Below, piece after piece: positions 20,358 through 27,372 of a stretch of 63,738 nucleotides of DNA. Location: positions 1 to 63,738 of the forward strand of contig JBGANF010000037.1 in assembly GCA_044222475.1 (NCBI GenBank). Reading direction: 5' to 3'. How positions within the stretch are numbered: position 1 is the stretch's first letter; the number at the start of each line of letters is the position of its first letter. The DNA comes from Polyangiaceae bacterium (GTDB lineage: Bacteria; Myxococcota_A; Polyangia; Polyangiales; Polyangiaceae). Position numbers and translations under genes: made by a program. The notes beneath the pieces were generated by a model. It was not told where the DNA came from. It saw nothing but the letters and a program-made list of their open reading frames with translations, and ran no database searches.

Positions 20358-22337
20358 ATGCGCGCAACCTTGGCTTTGGGCGGAATCTCCGTGTTCGTGG
20401 CGACGGCGCTCGGCATCGCTTGCTCCGGCAAGGCGCCGGTCGGCCTGATGCTCGCGATCCAGACCGACCTCAGCGTCACGAAGGACTTCGATCAGATCGG
20501 CGTCTACGTCACCGCCGACGGCGCGCCCATCCTGACGCAGACCTACCCCATCGAGGGTGGTCGCGTTCGCCTCCCGAGCACGATCGCGGTGGCCGTTCCC
20601 AAGAACGAGACCGCGGTCATCCGCGCGCGCGTCGTCGCGTTCAAGACCGACTCCGCGAAGGTCCTCCGTGAGGGCATCACCACGGTCCCGAGCACGCGCC
20701 TCGCGGTGATGCCGCTGCCGCTCAAGTGGCTCAACGTCGGGTCGGGGAAGGGGACCGAGGCCGAGTTCCAGGTCAACCCGTTCGCCAAGAACCTCTCGGT
20801 CTGCCCCGACCAACAGAACTTGAACAACGGCATCTGCACCACGTCGATCTACCCGGTCGACAAGCTGGCCGACTACGTCGAGAGCGAGATCTTCGGCGGG
20901 GGCGAGGCAGGCGGCGGCGAGTGCTTCGAGACCAAGAGCTGCTTCGCGGCTCGGGTCGTGGTTCCCGTCGACGAGGCCAACTGCACCGTGAACGTGCCCA
21001 CGTCGGTCACCAACATCGGCGTCGGCACCGACGGCGACGGCGAGCCGGTCGGGCCCGACACGATCGTCGTCCTCGATGGCGCGGACTACTCGGTGAGCGC
21101 CGGCAAGGCGTCGCTCCCGAAGACGCTCTGCGATCCGAACGGTCTCAAGCCGAAGCGCAAAGCCATCTTCCTCTCGACGTCGTGCGCGACGAAGACGTCG
21201 AAATACCCCATCTGCGGCCCGTACTCGACCGGGAAGCCGCAGGCGCTCCTCGGTGACGCGGGCGTGCTCGACGCGGGTGGTGGTCCCCTCGCCGACGGTG
21301 GCGTCGAGCAGATCGGCGCGAGCGAGCCGGGCATCGGCGCGGTCTCGGTCGGCTCGTCGTACATCTACGGCATCGGCGCCGACCCGAACGACGGCGGTAC
21401 GTTTCGTCTCGTCGGGTATCCGCTCGCGGGGGTGGACGCAGGCTCCGCGGTGTTCGTGACCCTCGCTGGGCCGCCACCCAACGACCCAACGTCGACGGCG
21501 CTCGTCGTCGGCACGAACGACATCGGCGTGCTCCGCGCGAGCCCCGTGACGGGGACACTCGAGCGGTACACCCTCCAGAACGGCGTCGCGCTGCCTTCGC
21601 CCGCTTCGGCCGGTCACCCATTGCCGGTCACCGCGTTCGCTGCATCTCCGACGCACTACTACACCGCGACGGGTTTCTTCGACGTCGACGCGGGCGGCAT
21701 TCTCGACATCACCTCGTTCCCGAAGAGCGACGTGAGCGCGCCGAAGACGCTCGCCATTCAGCTGACGTCGCCAGTGTATGCGCTCGCCTATGCGACCGGC
21801 GCTCCCGCGGATGGCGGCCCCGCCGTCCCGTATCTCTACGTCGGTGAAGGCTCCTCGGTGATGCGCATCAGCGATCCCGATGGTAGTGCCACGCCCGTCG
21901 GCAGCTACGTGGCGTCCTCGTTCCTGAAGCAGACCCAAGTGACCGCCCTCGCGGTCTCGGCTTCGGGGAGCCTCGTCATCGGCACGGTCGACACGAAGGG
22001 GACGCTCACCGTGTACTCGGCGACCGCGTTCTCGTCTGCACCAGCCGGTGGCGCGACTCAGCTCGCCGCCGGGCTTCAGGCTCCATCGAGCACCGGCGTG
22101 AACGGCGTCCCCCGTTTCTACGGCGTCGCGGCGGACGGGAAGTACGCCTACTACGCTCACGCCGCCGGCATCGACTACGCGCCGCTCGATGGCTCGGCAG
22201 CGTCGAAGTCGCTGGTCCAGGGGCAGGGCATCTTCACGGTGACCACCGACTCGAAGTACCTCTACTGGGCCGCGGCGAGGATCGGCAACGCGAACCCCGC
22301 CACGCAAGGCTTCTTCCGCCTTCCGCTGGTACCATGA
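20358..22337 (+). CDS. Tandem paralog lipoprotein
   Basis: Lipobox GIAC; first ~290 aa nearly identical to the 18327 gene; diverged C-terminus ending GFFRLP. Confidence 0.8.
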   Translation: MRATLALGGISVFVATALGIACSGKAPVGLMLAIQTDLSVTKDFDQIGVYVTADGAPILTQTYPIEGGRVRLPSTIAVAVPKNETAVIRARVVAFKTDSAKVLREGITTVPSTRLAVMPLPLKWLNVGSGKGTEAEFQVNPFAKNLSVCPDQQNLNNGICTTSIYPVDKLADYVESEIFGGGEAGGGECFETKSCFAARVVVPVDEANCTVNVPTSVTNIGVGTDGDGEPVGPDTIVVLDGADYSVSAGKASLPKTLCDPNGLKPKRKAIFLSTSCATKTSKYPICGPYSTGKPQALLGDAGVLDAGGGPLADGGVEQIGASEPGIGAVSVGSSYIYGIGADPNDGGTFRLVGYPLAGVDAGSAVFVTLAGPPPNDPTSTALVVGTNDIGVLRASPVTGTLERYTLQNGVALPSPASAGHPLPVTAFAASPTHYYTATGFFDVDAGGILDITSFPKSDVSAPKTLAIQLTSPVYALAYATGAPADGGPAVPYLYVGEGSSVMRISDPDGSATPVGSYVASSFLKQTQVTALAVSASGSLVIGTVDTKGTLTVYSATAFSSAPAGGATQLAAGLQAPSSTGVNGVPRFYGVAADGKYAYYAHAAGIDYAPLDGSAASKSLVQGQGIFTVTTDSKYLYWAAARIGNANPATQGFFRLPLVP

Positions 22338-22347
22338 GCGTGTCCCG

Positions 22348-23895
22348 ATGAGCAGCCGCTTCGTGACCAGCGACGGAGTGACGCTTTCTCTCGAAGAAGG
22401 CGCCATGATCGCGGGGAAGTACAAGATCGAGAAGGTCCTCGGCGAGGGCGGGATGGGCGTCGTCGTCGCTGCGCGTCACGTCGACCTCGATCAACGCGTC
22501 GCGATCAAGTTCCTGCTCCCCCACGCCCTCGCCGACGAAGCGGTCGTCGCTCGCTTCGCACGGGAGGCGCGAGCCGCGGCCAAGATCCAGAGCCCCCACG
22601 TCGCCAAGGTGATGGACGTCGGCAAGCTCGAAGACGGCTCGCCGTACATGGTCATGGAGTACCTCGAGGGCGAAGACCTCGAGAGCCGCGTTCAACGCGA
22701 GCGAACCCTGCCCATCACCGAGGCAGTGAGCATCATGCTCCAGGCGTGCGAAGCCATGGCCGAGGCTCACAGCGCCGGGATCGTCCACCGCGATCTCAAG
22801 CCGGCTAACCTGTTCCTCGCCCGAACGCCGGGCCGCAAGAGCGTCGTGAAGGTGCTCGACTTCGGGATCTCGAAGGTCACGAAGGACGGCGGTCGAGCCG
22901 TCACTCAAACGTCGTCCCTACTCGGTACGCCGTACTACATGTCACCGGAGCAGCTCGCATCCGCGAAGACGGTGGACGCACGCTCGGACATCTGGACGAT
23001 CGGCGTCATCTTGTACGAGCTGATCGGCGGCAGCGTGCCCTTCATCGCCGACACCATGCCGGGCGTCGTGGCGTCGATCCTCCAGAACAAGCCGACGCCC
23101 CTTCGCGAGCTCCGCGCCGACTGTCCGGAGGAGCTCGCCTCCGTCATCAAGAAGTGCCTCTCGTCGAACCCCGACATGCGCTACGCCGACGTCGCCGAGC
23201 TCGCGAACGCGCTCGCGCCGTTCGCCGATGCAGCTTCGCGCTCCACCGTCGAGGCGATCACCCGCACGATCATCGGGGCGAGCCACTCGCCCGAGTCGAT
23301 CAAGAAGATCTCCTCCGCGCCGACGATCAACACCAACACCCCGAGCATCGAGAAGAAGCAGGGCACCCTCGACGCGGCGTCGGTCACCTCCGAGGTGAAG
23401 GGCCCGAAGCTCGATCTGGTCGCCGAGCCGTCCGAGATCCTCCCGCTCGTCGATCCGCCCGATCAGAAGAAGAGCAACGTTCCGATGATCGCGGCCATCG
23501 CGGCGATCGTCCTCATTGGTGGCGGCGCCGCGGCGTTCTTCGCGGGCGGCAGCACACCGAAGACCCAGGGCATCGCCCCCACCGAGACGATCACCGGGAC
23601 ACCCCCGCCCCCTGCGTCCACGCCGGTGGCAACCTCGGCGCCGACCGTCGTCGCCTCGGCGCCTCCGAGCGCGTCCGTGACGGCGAGCTCCATCACGGCG
23701 ACGACCGCCACTGCGCCCACGAGCGCGACGCACGGCACCGCCACCACGAAGCCGAGCGCGAGCCCGAGCGCCGCGCCCTCGGTCACGGCGACCGTCGTCG
23801 CGACGGTGACTACCGCCACCGCTACTGCTACTGCTACTGCCACCGCTACCGCGAAGCCTTCCGGCAATCCGGTGAGCAACATGGGGCTCAAGTGA
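22348..23895 (+). CDS. Hanks-type Ser/Thr protein kinase with one TM and a Thr/Ala-rich tail
   Basis: LGEGGMGVV, VAIK, HRDLKPAN, DFGIS, GTPYYMSPE. Confidence 0.95.
   Translation: MSSRFVTSDGVTLSLEEGAMIAGKYKIEKVLGEGGMGVVVAARHVDLDQRVAIKFLLPHALADEAVVARFAREARAAAKIQSPHVAKVMDVGKLEDGSPYMVMEYLEGEDLESRVQRERTLPITEAVSIMLQACEAMAEAHSAGIVHRDLKPANLFLARTPGRKSVVKVLDFGISKVTKDGGRAVTQTSSLLGTPYYMSPEQLASAKTVDARSDIWTIGVILYELIGGSVPFIADTMPGVVASILQNKPTPLRELRADCPEELASVIKKCLSSNPDMRYADVAELANALAPFADAASRSTVEAITRTIIGASHSPESIKKISSAPTINTNTPSIEKKQGTLDAASVTSEVKGPKLDLVAEPSEILPLVDPPDQKKSNVPMIAAIAAIVLIGGGAAAFFAGGSTPKTQGIAPTETITGTPPPPASTPVATSAPTVVASAPPSASVTASSITATTATAPTSATHGTATTKPSASPSAAPSVTATVVATVTTATATATATATATAKPSGNPVSNMGLK
23815..23850 (+). 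repeat. Hexamer repeat GCYACY x6 encoding (AT)n
   Basis: GCCACC GCTACT GCTACT GCTACT GCCACC GCTACC. Confidence 0.8.
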
Positions 23896-24902
23896 AGAGA
23901 CAGGTCGTCGCTCTCGTCGTCATCGCTTCGCTGCTCTCGGCGCAGCTCGCCGCGGCCAAGCCGCCCGTTCCGCCGACCCCGCCGAAGCCGCCTGCGACTG
24001 CAGCCGCCCCGCCGGCACCGCCCCCGCCTCCGCCTCCGCCGCCGGCACCGCCGACCCTGGCCGAGTCGCTCACGGGGGACGCCAAGGCCGACTACGACAC
24101 CGCCGTCATCATCTACGGCGACAAGGATTACGCGAACGCGTACCTCAAGTTCTCGAGCGCGTACGACAAGTCTCACGACCCGCGCCTCCTGTGGAACATG
24201 GCGACCTGCCAGAAGCAGCTCCGCCACTACACGAAGGTCATCCAGCTCCTGCAGCGCTACGTCGCCGAGGGCGGTGACAAGATCACCGAGGGCGACAAGA
24301 AGGACGCGGCCGATCTCATCTCCACGCTCGAGCCGCTGACGGGCAAGGTCGAGATCAAGGTCACCGAGCCTGGAGCGGACATCTACGTCGACGACGAGAA
24401 GGTCGGCACGTCGCCGCTCACGGCGCCGGTCCAAGTCGACGTCGGGACTCGGAAGCTCCACATCGTCAAGCCCGACTTCGAGGACCACGACTCGACGTTC
24501 ATCGGCGAAGGCGCGACCAAAGTCGTCGACGTGAAGCTCGTCGCGGTCTCGCACCAGGGTCGGCTCGCGATCACCACGCTGTCCGAAGGCGTCATCACCA
24601 TCGACGGCAAGAACGTGGGCTCCGGCAACTTCGCCGGCCCGGTCGCGGCGGGTCCGCACCAGATCCGGGTCGTTGCTCCGAAGTACCTCCCGTACCAGGT
24701 CGACGTCACGCTGATCGCGAAGGAGACGCGGAGCCTCAACATCACGCTCGAGCGCGAGAAGGGCATCAGCCCGTGGATCTTCGTCGGCATCGGCGTCGGC
24801 GCCGCGGCCGCTGCCGCGCTCACCGTCGCGATCATCTACGCCGTCACGTACCGCCCCGACCCGGTGGGCACGCTCGATCCGTACACGCTGTACCCGAAGT
24901 GA
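23892..24902 (+). CDS. TPR-like plus PEGA domain exported protein
   Basis: GTG start overlapping the kinase stop; signal peptide, Pro-rich linker, LLWNMATC helix, GADIYVDDEKVGTSPL PEGA motif, C-terminal TM. Confidence 0.85.
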   Translation: MKRQVVALVVIASLLSAQLAAAKPPVPPTPPKPPATAAAPPAPPPPPPPPPAPPTLAESLTGDAKADYDTAVIIYGDKDYANAYLKFSSAYDKSHDPRLLWNMATCQKQLRHYTKVIQLLQRYVAEGGDKITEGDKKDAADLISTLEPLTGKVEIKVTEPGADIYVDDEKVGTSPLTAPVQVDVGTRKLHIVKPDFEDHDSTFIGEGATKVVDVKLVAVSHQGRLAITTLSEGVITIDGKNVGSGNFAGPVAAGPHQIRVVAPKYLPYQVDVTLIAKETRSLNITLEREKGISPWIFVGIGVGAAAAAALTVAIIYAVTYRPDPVGTLDPYTLYPK

Positions 24903-24903
24903 C

Positions 24904-25035
24904 CGGGGACGGTGTCAACCTTGTCAACCTTTGGTCGTGCTGGATTTCGCTCGCGGCGGATGCCGCACGAATTAAGTCGTCAGGCGGGTCGGATTCCGCT
25001 GTCAGCAAAGGTTGACAAGGTTGACACCGTCCCCG
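24904..25035. mobile_element. MITE-like element, 132 bp
   Basis: Perfect 30-bp TIRs (24904-24933 and 25006-25035; CGGGGACGGTGTCAACCTTGTCAACCTTTG) flanked by TGAC direct repeats (24900-24903, 25036-25039). Confidence 0.72.
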
Positions 25036-25039
25036 TGAC

Positions 25040-25552
25040 TCAGGTCCGGCTCAGGCGCACTTTCACCTGAATTCGCACTTCGTCGCGGAGCTTCATCGCG
25101 CCCATCGGGACGTGGACCTTCCCGGCGCCGAGCTCGGCGAGTGACAAGGTCCCTTCGCCCTCGGCGATGACCGCGCCCTCTTCTTCGCGCACGGTGAGCC
25201 GCAGCCGCGCCTTCGCCCGCCGCTGCGCCTGAACGAACACCTCGGCGCCTTCACGCCGCGCCTCGACCCGGATCGCGTCGATCCCGTCGAAGACTTGGGT
25301 GCGCACGCGCGACTCGACGTCACGCGCGTCCTTCGCGTCCAGCGGGTGGTAGTCGCGCTTGCCCTTCTTGCTGCTCTCCACTGCGGTGATCGACGCGACC
25401 GGGAACCGCACCTCGATCGAAGCGTCGTCGGTGCTTTCGCCGGACCCATTGCGCGCCTCGAGGCGCATGTCGTGAGCGAACGCGGAGAGGAGACCTTCGG
25501 CGTAGCTGTCGATGACGATGCGGCTGCCTGCAGGATCGAAGCGGAAACCCAT
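25040..25552 (-). CDS. Hypothetical protein, YceI-like beta-barrel
   Basis: AEGLLSAFAHDMRLEA N-terminus, GAMKLRDEVRI C-terminus; TGATG coupling to yhbY. Confidence 0.6.
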   Translation of the reverse strand: MGFRFDPAGSRIVIDSYAEGLLSAFAHDMRLEARNGSGESTDDASIEVRFPVASITAVESSKKGKRDYHPLDAKDARDVESRVRTQVFDGIDAIRVEARREGAEVFVQAQRRAKARLRLTVREEEGAVIAEGEGTLSLAELGAGKVHVPMGAMKLRDEVRIQVKVRLSRT

Positions 25553-25902
25553 CACTCCTCCTCTTCCTTCGCTGCCTTCGGCTTCGCCTTGGGCGGCGGG
25601 GTATACCCTTTTGGTACCTTGATCTTCGGCTTCTTCGGGTGCGGCTTGTAGAGGATCAGCATTCCGCCGAGCACCTGCGCGAGCTCCGAGCGCGTGCGGG
25701 CGGCGATCTCGGCGCCGGCGTCGTGCCGGTTCGCCGGCGACTCCGAGAGGACCTTCACCTTGATGAGCTCGTGGGCGAGGAGCGCAGCCGCGACCTGGTC
25801 GACGAGCTCGTCGGTGACGCCGTGCTTCCCGACGTGGACGACCGGCTTGAGCGAGTGAGCGAGTGCGCGAAGCGAACGAGCAGCGGCGCCAGTGAGGGGC
25901 AT
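25552..25902 (-). CDS. yhbY: CRM-domain RNA-binding protein YhbY
   Basis: LRALAHSLKPVVHVGKHGVT...AHELIKVKV...QVLGGMLILYK. Confidence 0.93.
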   Translation of the reverse strand: MPLTGAAARSLRALAHSLKPVVHVGKHGVTDELVDQVAAALLAHELIKVKVLSESPANRHDAGAEIAARTRSELAQVLGGMLILYKPHPKKPKIKVPKGYTPPPKAKPKAAKEEEE

Positions 25903-25919
25903 GAGTGCGCGTTCTAGCC

Positions 25920-26579
25920 TTAGATCGAGAGATGCGCGAGCAGCGCGTGCAGATCCTCGAGCATCACGTCGGGGCGCTGCGCCGCGAACGCCGCCTGCGT
26001 GGTGTCGCCCGGCGTCGGCACGCCGAACGTGCGCATCCCGGCGCGGCGGCCGCCGAGGGCGTCCATCGCGTGGTCACCGACGAACACCGCGTTCCGCGGC
26101 GAGACGCGGAGCCGTACGAGCGCGCGTCGCAGATGGATCGGCGCCGGCTTCGGCCGAGGCGTGTCTTCCCGCGCGACGAGCACGTCGTGCACGAGCGCGA
26201 GGTCCGCGAGGACGGTGCGCGCGATTTGGCGCGAGTTGCGGGTCACGACGGCGATCTTCTTGCCGGCGTCCCGCAACCGGCCGAGGACCTCCGGCGCGCC
26301 GGGCGCGGCGACGACCTCGCGCGCCGCCCGGAGCTCCTCGCTCAGAATCGCCGCCTCGGCCTCGTCTCGGAACCGGACCCGGTCCGCTTGGGCGACCCGC
26401 CCGCTGGCCTGGGTGAGGAGGCCCAGCACGTCCGTCGCGGTGAGATCGCCCACGCCGTGGCGCGCCGCGATGGCGCGGACCGCGACCTTCATCGCGGCGA
26501 AGTCGATCGGCGAGTGGACGAGCGTCCCGTCGAGGTCGAAGAGGACGGCTATTACCGGTGAATGTGAAGTCATATCCAT
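25920..26579 (-). CDS. HAD-superfamily hydrolase (phosphoglycolate phosphatase-like)
   Basis: LFDLDGTLV, VVTRN, KPAP, FVGDHAMD. Exact start uncertain. Confidence 0.9.
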   Translation of the reverse strand: MDMTSHSPVIAVLFDLDGTLVHSPIDFAAMKVAVRAIAARHGVGDLTATDVLGLLTQASGRVAQADRVRFRDEAEAAILSEELRAAREVVAAPGAPEVLGRLRDAGKKIAVVTRNSRQIARTVLADLALVHDVLVAREDTPRPKPAPIHLRRALVRLRVSPRNAVFVGDHAMDALGGRRAGMRTFGVPTPGDTTQAAFAAQRPDVMLEDLHALLAHLSI

Positions 26580-26759
26580 GGGTTACATAAACCGAGCGGT
26601 TCCCGTCAGAGGCTCCGAATCGCGGCGTCTTACCCCCGTGAGTGAGCAGGCGAGGGAGGGCTGCCTCCCTTGACAGGTGAAACGCCGCGGAGTCCCATGT
26701 TGGATCCACTCTTCGGCATCAAATCGAAATCAGTCGCGCAAGCGCAACGGAGGAACGTC

Positions 26760-26990
26760 ATGTCTCAGCAAGTGAAGAAGGGTACGAAGATCGAGGGTGA
26801 TGCGGCGAAGAAGCTCGACCCGGCCAAGCGCGGGCTGATGACCACGAGCGCGCCGGAAGTCGAAGGCCAGGAGCTCGTCCGCACGGTGACGGAGTGTCCC
26901 TGGTGCGGCCACCTCGGGTGGTCGGTCGTCGATACCGACAAGTACAACTGGTACGAGTGCGGCGCCTGCGGCCGTCCGTTCAAGGCCTGA
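26760..26990 (+). CDS. 76-aa peptide with C-terminal CPWC-x17-CGAC core (putative precursor or zinc ribbon), copy 1
   Basis: GGAGG RBS upstream of ATG 26760; MSQQVKKGTKIEGDAAKKLDPAKRGLMTTSAPEVEGQELVRTVTECPWCGHLGWSVVDTDKYNWYECGACGRPFKA. Confidence 0.85.
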   Translation: MSQQVKKGTKIEGDAAKKLDPAKRGLMTTSAPEVEGQELVRTVTECPWCGHLGWSVVDTDKYNWYECGACGRPFKA

Positions 26991-27038
26991 ACCACTCTCG
27001 ACCACGAAGCTCTAAAGAAAGAACACGGAGAAAAGATC

Positions 27039-27275
27039 ATGTCGAACGTCAAGAAGGGTACGAAGATCGAGGGTGACGAGGCGAAGAAGCTCGATCCGGC
27101 CAAGCGCGCGCTCGCGCACGCTGGCAAGCCGCAAGAGGCCGAGGTCGAAGGCCAGGAGCTCGTCCGCACGGTGACGGAGTGTCCTTGGTGCGGCCACCTC
27201 GGGTGGTCGGTCGTCGATACCGACAAGTACAACTGGTACGAGTGCGGCGCCTGTGGCCGTCCGTTCAAGGCCTGA
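27039..27275 (+). CDS. 78-aa peptide with identical core, copy 2
   Basis: GGAG RBS; same N-terminal motif and identical EVEGQ plus 39-aa core; different linker. Confidence 0.88.
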   Translation: MSNVKKGTKIEGDEAKKLDPAKRALAHAGKPQEAEVEGQELVRTVTECPWCGHLGWSVVDTDKYNWYECGACGRPFKA

Positions 27276-27292
27276 GCGGCGCCTCGGCAGGC

Positions 27293-27339
27293 GCGCGAAG
27301 AGAGGGTGACCGGCATGGCCGGTCACCCTTTCGCGCTTT
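27293..27339 (+). terminator. Strong stem-loop between the peptide genes and the ABC exporter
   Basis: AGGGTGACCGGC-ATG-GCCGGTCACCCT (27303-27329, perfect 12-bp stem), extended by GCGCGAA/TTCGCGC and followed by TTT. Confidence 0.7.
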
Positions 27340-27372
27340 GTGTGGTGTACCCTGGGCCGTCTTGGCCGGACG

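Noticed and set aside
18327..22337. Diversity-generating retroelement or invertible cassette behind the paralog variation
   Set aside because: No reverse transcriptase or recombinase, and the differences are not adenine-specific; ordinary tandem duplication suffices.
24755..25015. 80-aa ORF (24773-25015) running into the inverted-repeat element as a transposase remnant
   Set aside because: It overlaps the PEGA gene out of frame and has no transposase motifs.
26670..26701. TTGACA as a sigma-70 -35 box for the peptide operon
   Set aside because: No convincing -10 hexamer at 16-18 bp spacing, so not reported as a promoter.
26760..27275. Repeated DNA as a possible CRISPR array or non-coding repeat
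   Set aside because: Only two copies, both open frames with RBS and synonymous differences; no spacer pattern and no cas genes.
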